Source of the DNA: Clostridiales bacterium
Lineage (GTDB): Bacteria > Bacillota > Clostridia > Christensenellales > UBA1242
Direction: 5' to 3'
Length of the DNA: 50,928 nucleotides
NCBI GenBank assembly: GCA_050872745.1
Contig: JBNMHL010000003.1
Coordinates: 1 to 50,928, forward strand
Shown in pieces: positions 37,532-49,900 of the stretch (position 1 is the stretch's first letter; each line of letters begins with the position of its first letter). A model generated the notes under the pieces. The model had not been told where the DNA came from. It ran no database searches and saw nothing but the letters and a program-made list of their open reading frames with translations. The translations under genes and the position numbers were made by a program.

Positions 37532-40333
37532 TTGCTTGATGCGTTATTTAATATATTAATTAAAATTGTTGTCTCTGTGATTTCAGTTGTGATTTATTTA
37601 ATTAAAACATTATTTGCTAATGTTTTTTTGAGAATAACTATTTCTTTCTTTAAATTGCTAGATTTTGTTCAGGATTTATTTAGAAAATTGGCTGGTTTAG
37701 GCACGATTTATGATTCTGCCGGCAATGCGTTAGGAACTTCGGCGGGTGATGATACATACGATGCTGGTGGAGATTTAGTAGTTTATTTATTCAAGCAAAA
37801 AGTTGTTCAAAATGCACTTTTTGGAATGGTTATTTTAGCGGTTGTGTTGCTATTTATTGCAACATTTATTCAAATGGCACGCGTGGAGTACACTGAAGAT
37901 GGTGCTAAAAATTCAAAATGGCCAATTATAACAAGTGCATTAAAATCTTTAACGTTATTCTTTATTGTTCCGATAACTTGTGTGTTTGGTGTTTTGCTAT
38001 CAAATTTTGTTTTGAAAATGGTGGATGGAGTTACTGCTGGTGGAAATTCAGTAACAATTTCAGGTTTGATATTTAAACTTGGGGCTTATGATGCTAATGT
38101 TGTCCCCAGATCCTCCGAAAAGATGTCTGATGGAAGTGAAAATGAGTCAGTGAAATGGTTGAAAAAACAAATGGGCTCAGGGAGTGAATCTAAATCAACA
38201 ACAGCGAAAGTTGTTGGTGGAAGATTATCGAACGCGGATGATATAAAAGCGATTAATGTTTCGGGTGATTTATCATATAATGATTTGGCTGATGCTATTG
38301 ATGATATTTTTGCTTCCAGATCTCATGTTACTGGAGGAAAGTTGGAATTCGATTATGCTTTTGATGATGTTGCTGAGGTCGGCATTGGTGAAGAGGTTAG
38401 TTATTTAAATTATTTCTTGGTTATGCACTACTATCATCAAACTAAGATGAATTTTCTTTATATGTGGATTGCAATATTTATTGCGCTAACATCTTTATTT
38501 AATGCGAGCATGGGAATGATTATGCGTTTGTATAATTTAGTGGTGCTATTCATAATTTCTCCACCAATAGCGGCGTTGATGCCTCTCGATGGTGGAAATG
38601 CATATAAAAATTGGCGGCAAAAGTTTATAGGTTCAACTATTTCTGCTTATGGAACGATAGCTGGATTAAATTTATTTTTCCAAATAGTGCCAATTGTGCA
38701 AAGCATTAATTTATTTAACCCAAAGGCAAGTCCTGGGCATGAATTAATGAATATAAATAATGGTTTTTATAATCGATTAACACAATTATTGTTTGTGTTG
38801 GTTGGTTGCTTGATGATAAAAGATATTTCAAAAATGATAGGTTCAATTATTGGAGCTGAAGATGCGATGGAAGCTGGTGCTGGAATGAGCAAGCAAGTTG
38901 CTGAAAATGCTGCAAAAATTGGAAAAGTTGCCGTTGCTGGTGCTGCACTTGCCACTGGAGTTGGTGCTGCAGGGTTTGCAAAATTTTCTGCTGGCGTTAT
39001 TAAAGGTATGGGTGGAACTGATGAGTCGGTTATAGAAGATAAAAAAGCAAATAGAGAAGGCATGGGTAGATTAGCAAAGGCTAGAGGTAAAATACATTCT
39101 TCTTTGAGTATTAGCACCAAACTTGGTGAAAAATTTGGAAAGGGTAAAGGTGGAAAAGGCGAAGGCGTTGTTGGCTCTGGGGCTGATAGCGGAGCTGGTG
39201 GCTCAAGTTCTGCAGATGGAAGTAAAGATAAAAAAGATAAAGTAAGTGCAAACATTAAAGCTGGTTCAGCTGATCAATCTGCTGTGGGTGCTGCAAAGGA
39301 TCAAGCAGGTGCTAAAACTGAAGGTGGCGATGATGGTGCTAAAGTAACTGCTGGATCAACTAGTGCTCCAAGCAATGCAGGGCAAAAAGAACAGCTAGCT
39401 AAAATTAATAAATGGGAAACAAGGGCTGCGAAAGCACGAAGAGCTTCTCAAAGAGGAAAAATGCTAGCTGGAAATTTGGCAACATCGTTGATTGCTGGCT
39501 CTGGCGTTGGAAAAATGCTTAACGATATGACAGGTGGAGCGTTTAAGGCATTAGGTGGAAAAGGTGTTGAGCAATGGGATGGAGCAATTGCCGGTAAATC
39601 AGATCTAGATGAAGGCACAATTGCAATGCTTAAAAAACAAAAGAAAAATGCAAAACAAATTGCTGCTGAAGATGCTATGGGTGATGCTTACTATGCGGCT
39701 ATAACATCTTATAATGAAAGAATGGTTAGTGACCACGTTTTTGGTGGTGAAAGTAAAAAATTTACTGCAGATGTTGCAGGGCAAAATATAAACAGTTTGG
39801 TGAATTCTTTTAATGTAGCAAGCCAAAATAGGAATTCTAATGAAATGAAAGAGATTCTTAGCGAATTAGTTGAAACATTAAAAACTGTTGGTTTTAAAGA
39901 AGCATATTTGAGTGCGGGTAAAATTGATAGTGTGGTTACTAATAAAGGAGATGTTGATTTTGCTGGGCTTGATGATAAGGGTTTTTTAGAAAAATTGTTA
40001 AATGGTGATAATAAAGGTGTTAATGTAAATAACGGAAATATTACTTTAAATAATGATGAAAGAATCAAAGTTGATGCAACTGAATTCACTGCAAGAGTTA
40101 AAGAAGTGTTTGATAATATGAAACTTCAAGTTAAGATGACCGATAGAAAAGAAAGTTATGATGGATTGGTTAGAGCTATTACTTCAGGATTGAACAGCGA
40201 ACAGAAAAAAGCTGCTGGAATTATGGGATTTCAAGAAACTATGTCTCATTGGCAAGGTTCATCTTCAACAGAAAAGAGAGATCGTGGCGATTTGAAAGCA
40301 ATTTTATCTATTCTTCAATCTAAACTAGGTTAA
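37532..40333 (+). CDS. Extended VirB6-like polytopic T4SS membrane protein (Mbov_0396-like)
   Basis: TTG start behind AAGGAGG; multi-TM N-terminal half with RLYNLVVLFIISPPIAALMPLDGGNAYKNWRQKF; long G/A/K-rich and helical C-terminal extension; directly follows the pilin. Confidence 0.75.
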   Translation: MLDALFNILIKIVVSVISVVIYLIKTLFANVFLRITISFFKLLDFVQDLFRKLAGLGTIYDSAGNALGTSAGDDTYDAGGDLVVYLFKQKVVQNALFGMVILAVVLLFIATFIQMARVEYTEDGAKNSKWPIITSALKSLTLFFIVPITCVFGVLLSNFVLKMVDGVTAGGNSVTISGLIFKLGAYDANVVPRSSEKMSDGSENESVKWLKKQMGSGSESKSTTAKVVGGRLSNADDIKAINVSGDLSYNDLADAIDDIFASRSHVTGGKLEFDYAFDDVAEVGIGEEVSYLNYFLVMHYYHQTKMNFLYMWIAIFIALTSLFNASMGMIMRLYNLVVLFIISPPIAALMPLDGGNAYKNWRQKFIGSTISAYGTIAGLNLFFQIVPIVQSINLFNPKASPGHELMNINNGFYNRLTQLLFVLVGCLMIKDISKMIGSIIGAEDAMEAGAGMSKQVAENAAKIGKVAVAGAALATGVGAAGFAKFSAGVIKGMGGTDESVIEDKKANREGMGRLAKARGKIHSSLSISTKLGEKFGKGKGGKGEGVVGSGADSGAGGSSSADGSKDKKDKVSANIKAGSADQSAVGAAKDQAGAKTEGGDDGAKVTAGSTSAPSNAGQKEQLAKINKWETRAAKARRASQRGKMLAGNLATSLIAGSGVGKMLNDMTGGAFKALGGKGVEQWDGAIAGKSDLDEGTIAMLKKQKKNAKQIAAEDAMGDAYYAAITSYNERMVSDHVFGGESKKFTADVAGQNINSLVNSFNVASQNRNSNEMKEILSELVETLKTVGFKEAYLSAGKIDSVVTNKGDVDFAGLDDKGFLEKLLNGDNKGVNVNNGNITLNNDERIKVDATEFTARVKEVFDNMKLQVKMTDRKESYDGLVRAITSGLNSEQKKAAGIMGFQETMSHWQGSSSTEKRDRGDLKAILSILQSKLG

Positions 40334-40360
40334 TTTCATTCAAAATTAAATTGTTTGCTT

Positions 40361-40399
40361 AAAAAAGGTTCTTTTAGTAAAAAAAAGAGCCTTTTTTTT
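40361..40399 (+). terminator. Terminator after the VirB6-like gene
   Basis: AAAAAAGGTTCTTTT...AAAAGAGCCTTTTTTTT. Confidence 0.75.
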
Positions 40400-40649
40400 G
40401 TTGAATTCTAAGTTAAAATTTAAATTTAAATTGAATTATTTGATGTTATTAGTTTTTAATAGGTTAATCATTGAGTTTAAGGGCTAAATGTGATAATTAA
40501 TCTTTGGAGAAATGGTAAGTTTATATGCTATAAAAAGCTTTTTGGAAATGATTCAAAAATAGGGATAAAATTTCTTAAATAACACTTAAAAAATGGCTAA
40601 ATAAAGCCGTTTTTTTATACTCAAAATTTACAAAAAGTGCGTTTATTTA

Positions 40650-40688
40650 TTGACATTTTTTGACAAATATTTTATAATATAGTATAGT
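40650..40688 (+). promoter_or_regulatory. Two overlapping sigA promoters offset by 10 bp
   Basis: TTGACA(40650)-17-TATAAT(40673) and TTGACA(40660)-17-TATAGT(40683). Confidence 0.75.
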
Positions 40689-40909
40689 TAAAATGGGGCT
40701 TAATATAGCCATATTTTAACAATTTTAATTGAAAATTTCTAGTTCAATTAAAAGCATAATATTTTAATCATTTATTTGTTGGCTTTAGTTAAATTTCAGA
40801 GTTAAAAAATTCTATATATTTAATTAATATTTATTTAATTAATTTTAACTAAAAGTGTATATGAATAAATGGTTTTATAAAAAATAAAGTATGCAAATGG
40901 GGTTTAATT

Positions 40910-43900
40910 ATGGATAGTAAAAATTTTCATAACAATCAAGAGAACAAAAATAAAAAGAATGGTAATAACGCTAGTGATACTGGCGGTTTTAGTTATGATG
41001 AGTTCCAAGCGCAAAAGCGAGATGATGCTTTAAAAAGGCTTGCCGATAAAGGAATAAAAGTTAACACAGAAGAAAACGAAAAAAAGAAAAAACGTTTGCT
41101 TCTTTTAATTCCACTGTTTATATTCTTACTAACAGGGGCTGTTATTGCTATACTTACTTTTATGCCAAAGAGGGCAGCTAAGCATTGGTTAACAGTTCGC
41201 TATCTTCAAGAAGAAACTGTTTCTGGTGATCAAGATAGGCAACTTGTGCTTAGTGGAACTTTGATTAAGTCTATCAAGATTCCTCGCCAAACTGGTTGGG
41301 AGTTTGAAGGTTGGTATTTAGATGAAGATTTGGAATTGCCTGCTGATGAAAATTATATGATTGAAAGGGACACAATTCTATATGCTAAGTTCAATCCTAT
41401 TTACTACACAATTACATACCATTTCACCACAAGTTCTCGTGGCGAACAAAAAAGTTATGAAATTATTTATCACGCCCCAAATGATAATATAAATGAAAAC
41501 AATGCAGGAGCAAAATTCAGATATAACTCAGATGTTGTGTTAATTGCTCCAAATAAAATTACAAGTCAAAAAGGTTTAGCATATTTCACTAGTCCACAAG
41601 GAAGATACGATAAAGATAAATATTGCGATCGTTTTGCAGATTTCACAAAAGAATTAGGTTACAAAATTTTATATGCATGGAATACCAAAGATGATGGAAC
41701 TGGAATTTCATACACAATAGATTATGAAAACACAAGTGTTGCTGATGTTATAAAAATGCCAGACTGCGATAAAACTAAGAACTTAGATTTATATGCACAA
41801 TTCAAAGGTGAAGAAAGAGCGGTTGTGTTGCATAACTCTTTAGATGATGATGCTTCAATTTTCTATGCAACTAACTATGATAAAAACACTCCTATAATAA
41901 ATACCGAAACAACAATAGGTGCTGTTACTAATTATTATGGCGTTAAGTATTTTGAAAATTTATCTGACCTTGATCCTAATAAAAATTTCTTAACAAAGTA
42001 TGGTTATAGATTTAAAGGTTGGTCTTTAAGTAAAGAAAATCCTAAGCTCGTTGAAACACAATATCCATTTAAATCAGATAGCACAGGAAAAGATCAAATT
42101 GTTGTTGGTGACAAAAAGTATTATGTTGCTGCAGACCTATATGCAATGTTTGAGCCAATAGAATTTGATGTTGTGTTTAGATATGAAGATGGTGCAGAAA
42201 CAAGTAAAACCATTAAAATTTCTTATGGCGCTCAAGAATCTGCTAATTTAACTCAATCTGACATCAAAAAGCTTGTTGAAAACGGAGAATATGCATTTTC
42301 TGTCACAAACAATGGTGTTATTGTCAAAAGCGGTTATAAATTCGTTAAATGGGTTGATTCTTTCGGAAATGATATATTTGAGAAAGTTCAAATAAATGAT
42401 AATTCTTATTATTATATTTTCAAACCAAATGCTGAGAATCGTTATCAAACAGATGCAAGTGGAAATCCTAAAGATCCAATCATTATTGCTGAGATGAAAA
42501 CCGAAACAATTGTTTATGAAGTTCAATTGGATTATGGAAAAGATTCAAAAGGAAACGATTTCTATAATGCAACAATCGCAAAAATTCCATACACAATTGA
42601 AACTTCTTACACTCTTCCAACAGAAGCTGAGATTAGAAGAATTATTAAAAATAGTGGAAACACATTTATTGATGACTATGAGTTTGATGGTTGGAAAGTT
42701 ACAGCAATCGATGAGAATGGAACAAACATTATTTTAAACTCATTAATCGATAAAGTTGAAAATGGTGATTCTATTTCATATGTGTTTAATAAAGATTTGA
42801 TGTATTATGGAAATGTTTCAATTTCTGCTCAATGGAAAATTAAAACATACACAATTGATGTTGTGAATAATGGAAACGAATATTATTCATTCAAAGAAGG
42901 TGTGTTGGAAAATGGTGGCTCATATAACTTTACTAATCTAACATCAAATAGATTTATATTTGAAGCCGGAGAAAGTAAAGCGTTTAAATTGCAAATTGAA
43001 AACACTTATTCTCAAATGTTTAGAAAAGTTATCACAATCGTTACAAACGAGGGTGAGTTCACATTAAGCATTTCTGATCCAACAGATTTGGCAAGTGGAG
43101 AAACTAGAAGAGTTATCACACTAGAGAACTCTAATGGATTCACAATCACTGGTGGTGAAAGCAATAATTACACAAATGTTACTTTAGTTAAAAATGAAAG
43201 AGTTTATTTCTCAATCAAAGCAACAATGAACGATGCTGAGTCTTCTTGCATTTTGGAATTCACTGGAATTAGAAGTGACTTCACTATTAAAATAAAAGAA
43301 GATATTCAATGGGTTGTTAACTCTTACGATGTTTTATTCAAAGAGATTCATAGTTTAACATACGATGCTAGTACTATTTCAAATGATGTGTTTGAGATGG
43401 TTGGCGGAGTATCTAAAAAATTATCAATCAATAAAATAACATACAATCAATCAATTTCAGATTTAAGCACTAGAAACTTGATTGCAAAGGAAAATGGGGA
43501 TATTTATTCATTCATCGGTTGGTATGAATTAGTTGATAATGGAACAAGCAAGGAATATATTCCTTACGATTTCAGTAAGAAAATAACACAAACCACAACT
43601 TTATATGCATACTTCAAAGAAAATGCAAAAGTTGAATTGTATTTATATAATGCTAGAACAAGTTCGTATAGCTTATATAAAACTATTTCTAATATTAAGT
43701 CTGATGGAAAAACAACAATTGCAACTTTAATAAGCAGAGGCGACACAAAAGTTGCATTAGTTTCAGGCTATGAATTCTCAAACTGGTGCGTTGGCGTGGC
43801 TGATGAGAATGCAACTGGTGGCGTTAGATTAGAAAGTAGTTTTGATGATGATTCTATCAAATCACTTAAAGTTGTTGAAGATTTAAAATTCTATGGAAAA

Positions 43901-46900
43901 TATAATCCTATTGAATACAACATTGTGCTAGATTTAAATGGTGGTTCAGTTGGAGCTGGTGTTGATGTAACTGGATTAAAATACAACATCATTGATGGAT
44001 TTGATTTCACAACTGGTGACAACACAAAGTACAATCCAACACAAGAAGGAAAAGTGTTTGCTGGTTGGAAAGTTAGAAGATTAACAAAGTTATATGCTCA
44101 CAAATTAAATGTTGATTCTGTTACTGGTGAAATAACTAAAGGAAATGCCAGTTGGGTTCAAGTTGATGCAATTATTTGCGCAATTGCAAAAGGATTCTAT
44201 TCAAATGATTCTAGCACGATTCAAACTGGCTCATATGGAGATATTGAATTAGTTGCAAACTGGACTGATAAACAATATGAGGTTTCAATTCCAACAAACA
44301 CAGAAATAACATATCAAGTTAAGCCAGGCTCAAACATTGTGTCATTCGGCTCAAGTTATGTTTTCTCATTCAACTTAAAAGATGAATTTAGCAAGAGTGA
44401 TTTTAAAATTTCATTCTCTAACGACACTGATAATGTTGAAATTTCGAAAGCAGATTTAAATGGTTACACTGGATTTGTTGGTTCAACATTCAGTGTTAAC
44501 ACTAGAGTAGTTGATGGCATCTTTGAAATCACAATTTCAAATATCAAAGCAAATGTTAATGTTTCTATAAGTGGAATTGGTCAAAATAAATACACGGTTG
44601 AATATTATAAGAGTATCAATGGTTCAACAACTTTAATCGAAACTAGAGAGATTACTCATGGCGCTGTTTATTCAAAACCAGCTGTTAGTGAAACTGGCTA
44701 CACATTAAAAGGTTGGTTCACTGAAGCTAATGGTGCTGGCGATAAAGTTGATAACAATGCAACTGCAACTGCAGACATTAAACTTTATGCTTATCTTGTT
44801 GCAACAAATTACAATATTATATATGTGGATAGTAATAATAACATTATATCTATGAACGATACTGAAAATATTTACTTTATCTATGGTTCAACTGTTGCTA
44901 ACACATTCACAATTTTAGCTAACACAACTCTTCCAACAAGTGATGTTGTTAAGATTAGAAAATCTGGATTTGTGTTTGCTGGTTGGAAAGTAAATGCTAT
45001 CACAGAGCAAGTTCCTGGCGAAAGTGCTAAAATTTATGGAATTGTTAATGGCGTAAAGAAAGAGCTTGCCGTTGGTGATATTGTTAGTGAAATTAGTGAA
45101 AATTCTTATGGCTCAATCACACTTGTTGCCGTGTTTAATGTTAATACCCTAACAATCAACGCTGAGAATGGTGAAGGTTACACAATCACTCCAAATAGCC
45201 AAACAGTTGATTATGGTTCAGATGCCACATTTGATCTTAAACTTGATGAAAGTTATGCTCAAGGTGAATTTGATGAATCAAATATTGAAATAAATGGTTC
45301 TTCTGATGTTGAGGTTTCAAAGAAACTTGATGATGATGGCAATGTTATTCCAGGTGAATATGTGATCGTTGTTAAAAATGTTACAGAATCTATCACGTTA
45401 ACAATTAAAAATGTTGCTAAAAACGCATACAATTTTGTACTTGATCAAACATCAAGTAAATACACAATTGCAAACTTAACTGGTGTGGCTGGAAACAAAG
45501 TTACTCATGGGGAAAGTGTTTCATTTAAAATCAACCTAAACACAAATGGTTACAACGCATATAAAGTTTTGGTTAATGGTGTTGAAATTGGTGGAACAAT
45601 CCCAAATGTTGAAAATGCAACTTTAGAAAACGATATAGTTTTACTAACAAACATTACTGGTGATGTTGAAATTGAAATCCAAACAACATTAATAAACTAC
45701 ACAATTTCATTCGATTTAGATGATGCAAAATATGTGGGTGCAACTCCAATTGATGATATAACATTCACAGTTGAAAGTGAGAAAATAACTCTTCCAACTG
45801 CAACAAGAACTGGTTACACATTCTTAGGTTGGTTTGATGAATCAGACAACAAACATACTGTTGTTCCATCTGGTTCATATGGCAATAAAACATTTACCGC
45901 TAAATGGAATGCTATTGAATACACTATCACATATGACTTAAGCGATGGTTCAAACTCAAATAATAACCCAACTACTTTTACAATTGAAGACACAATCAAT
46001 TTGGAAAGTGCAAGTAAAGAAGGTTACACGTTTGATGGTTGGATTTTAGTTAACGACATTAATCATTTTGTTAATAAAAATGAAGAATCTATTAGCGCTG
46101 GAACAATCATTTCTTTCATTTCAAATGCATATGGAAACATTTCACTAAAAGCTTCTTTCACTATAAACACAAACGCTGTTATGTTTGGATTATCAAGCAA
46201 AGATGGATATAAATTTACATCTGATGAAGAAGGTTCAACCTTAGTTAAATTAGAAAATAGTGTTGAATACAATTCTAACTATGAATTCTATTTAACAATT
46301 GCTGATAGTTACTCTCAAAACCTAACAAGTGGAGTTCAATTAAAAGCTATTATAAACAAAAATAGCGCTAACGAAACCATCACAATCGCAACTATTAAAA
46401 CAACTGGAATCACATACACAAATAATGGTGGTGTGGTTATAGAAGTAGCTAAAGTAAGCGACTTAGTTTATAAAGTTACTATTAAAAATATCAAACAAAG
46501 AGTTGATGTTTCTATTGATGATCTTTCTATCAACACATATCAAGTTAAATTGCAATATCCTGTTGGTTTAACAATCTCAAATGAAAATGCAACTTCACAA
46601 AACAATATTTATAGTATTGAATATGGAAAGAATTTTACTTTCACATATACTTTATTAGGTGGCTATGAAAAATCTGCTGATTTCAGCATTGAAACTGGGT
46701 TTGAAAATGTTTCTGATAACCTTGGAAATGTAACGATTTCTAATATCGTTGCAAACACAACTATTGTTATCAAAGGTGTTGTTGAATCAAATTACAATGT
46801 TGAATTCAATATTCCAAAAACGAACAACGGAATTATTGCTAGCGGTTATGATGTTTTAAAAACAATATCATTCACCGTAACAAAAGAAGTTTCTAGTGAT

Positions 46901-49900
46901 GAGTTCCCAAATTATGCTTTAAATGGTTATGATTTTATTGGTTGGTTTGATGAAAACGACAATAAGGTTGAAGAAATTTCTATTGGAACTTATTCAAACA
47001 TTAAACTATATGCAAAATTAACCGCAAGAACATATACTATAAACTTAAATAAAAATGGTGGTGAATTTGCTGAAGGTGTTGAAACATCAATCACAAAGAA
47101 ATTTGGCGAAGCAATTACTCTTCCTAATGAAAGTCAAATTTCTAGAATAGCTTATAAATTTATGGGTTGGCTAAACGGAAATGAGAGAGTTGCTTACACA
47201 ACAATGCCATATCTTGGTGAGGATGGTTCTTCAGTAACATTAAATGCAGAGTGGTCTGCTATTGAATATCAAATCACTTATGATGTTAATGGTGGTGAAG
47301 ATATTTCAAATCAAACTTTCACAATTGAATCAAATGATTTCAACTTACAAAAAGCAACAAGAATTGGTTATGAATTCTTGGGTTGGGAAGTTGTTTCAAT
47401 TGATGAAATTAACTTAATTAATGGGGCAAAGTTAGTTACTAATGCTGTTTTAGGCGTTGATTATTCTATAAAAACTGGTTCATATGGAAATATTAGTTTG
47501 AAAGCTAAATATGATGTTAGGGAATACACAATTAACTACTATTCAAATGGCGTTAATGTTAGAGAGTTCTTAACTCCAAAAACTTATGAATTTAGTGCTG
47601 AAAAATCATATAATCTTCCAACAAAAGCCGAAGTTGAAGCAAACACAAATGTTTATGTGAATGGCTATCAATTTGATGGTTGGTACTTAAATGATAATTT
47701 TAATGGCGATAGTGTGGTTTCAATTCCTGCAAATGCAACTGAAGATAAAACTTACTATGCAAAATGGGTTGCTTTAGATTATGAAATCGCATACTCATTA
47801 AACGATGATGATTCAAGTTTCAAAGCAACGAACCCAAACACTTTAGTTTCATACACAATTGAATCAAACGATATTGAAATTCTTGATGCAACAAGAGTAG
47901 GTTACACTTTTGCTGGTTGGAAGGTAACTAGTGTATCTGGAGTTTCTGGCTATTCAGAAACTTATATCAATGGGCTTGTTGGCGGAAGCCAAAAGAAAGT
48001 TGCTGTTGATGATATTATTAAATCTATTATCAAAGGTTCGTATGGTTCAATTTCTTTAGAAGCTCAATGGACTATAAATAAATACAACATCACATATTCT
48101 TCAAACTTAACTGGTGAAACATTCACAAACACAAATAGTAAAACATACACAATCACTAGTGGAATTGCTCTAGCTCAAGCAAGTAAAGATGGATATGAAT
48201 TCAAAGGCTGGAAGATTATTTCATTAAGTGATGCTGATTCTAAATATTTAGGAAGAAAACTTGGAAACACTTATGAAGCAAATGATGATGAATTATTAAA
48301 GGTTGGCGATGTTATCACTTCTTTATCAATTGGTTCATATGGTGAAATTTCACTTGAAGCACAATTTGAATTAATCACATACGCAATCACATATTCAAAT
48401 GATATTGGATTTGCATTTGATTCAAATAATAACCCAACAACATTCAATGTTGTGACTGAAAATATAACATTAAGCGAACCATCAGTTTCAGGTTTCACGT
48501 TCTCTAAATGGCAAGTTGTTGGCGAAATCAAAAACATTGATGGAACAACAATTTCAAACGGAACAGCTATTACAGAAATAAAGAAAGGCTCTTATGGAAA
48601 TATTGAGTTAAAAGCTATTTTTGAGCCTGAATTTTATAACATTTACTACTATGATAACACAACTCTTATCAAAACTGATTCATACTCAAAATCAGCAACA
48701 GGTGAAACAGTTCTAGATACCACAGTAACTAAAAATGGTTACACGTTCGCAGGTTGGTATGCAAGCAGTGATTTATCAGGTGAAAAAGTTGAAAAATTTT
48801 CAAACAACACAACTGGAGATAAATCATTCTATGCAAAATGGACTATTGTTAAATACTACATTTCATTCGTTTTAGATGGTGGAATTAATAATTCAGGAAA
48901 CACTAACTATACTGATGATAATGGCGCTAAATACGAATTCGATATCACAAAGAATATCAATTTATATGAAGCTACAAAATCAGGTTACACATTTGCAGGT
49001 TGGAAAGTAACATCAATCGCTGGAAAAGTTATAAGTGGTGGTGATGAAATTTCTTTAAATCAATTATTAAAAACAACAGACCACATCTCAAATATTGATG
49101 CTGGAACATATGGAAACATCACATTAACTGCAACTTACACAACTGATGATTACTCAATCGACTATGTTTTAAATGATAACGCAAATTATCGAGCAACAAA
49201 TCAAAACACAATTAATTCATTTAAAGTTGATAGTGAAGATATCACTCTTAAAAGTGCAGCAAGAACTGGTTACACATTTGAAGGCTGGTATGTTGCTGAA
49301 AACAACATTTCAAACGTAAATGGCAAAAATTACTCAGTTGGTGAAAAAATTGAAACAATATTCAATGGAACATTCGGAAATATCAAACTTTCTGCAAAAT
49401 GGACTCCTATTGAATACACAATTTCATATGAGCTAAATGGTGGTGCTTTTGCAACTGACTACACAAAACCAGAAAAGTTCACAGTTGAAAGCAAAGATGT
49501 TGCTCTTCCAACAGCATCAGAAATTTCAAAAACTGGTTACACCTTCTTAGGTTGGTTCACAGCAAACGATGAAAGTGGTGTTAAAGTTACAGAATTTACT
49601 CCAAGCAGTGCAGATAATATTACTTTCTATGCTAAATGGGAAATTATAACATACACAATTGAATACTATTATTCTGAAAATGGTAAGATTGCAAGTGCAT
49701 TCAATAGTGATTTAATAAATGTTCCATATTTTGTTGAAGACACTACTGGAAAAACAACATTCACAATTGAATCAGAAACCATAAACCTTCCATTGTCAGC
49801 TAAATTTGGTTATGATTTCAATAAATACACAATCAAATCTACCGACGGAAAAGTTAATGGCTTAACAAGTGGCGACATTGCTAGTGTTAATAAAGGTTCA

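Noticed and set aside
33892-40333. Calling the T4SS genes a complete ICE or conjugative element
   Set aside because: No relaxase, integrase, VirB4, recognisable oriT or boundary repeats in the window; genes are separately transcribed. Cannot be fully excluded beyond the right edge
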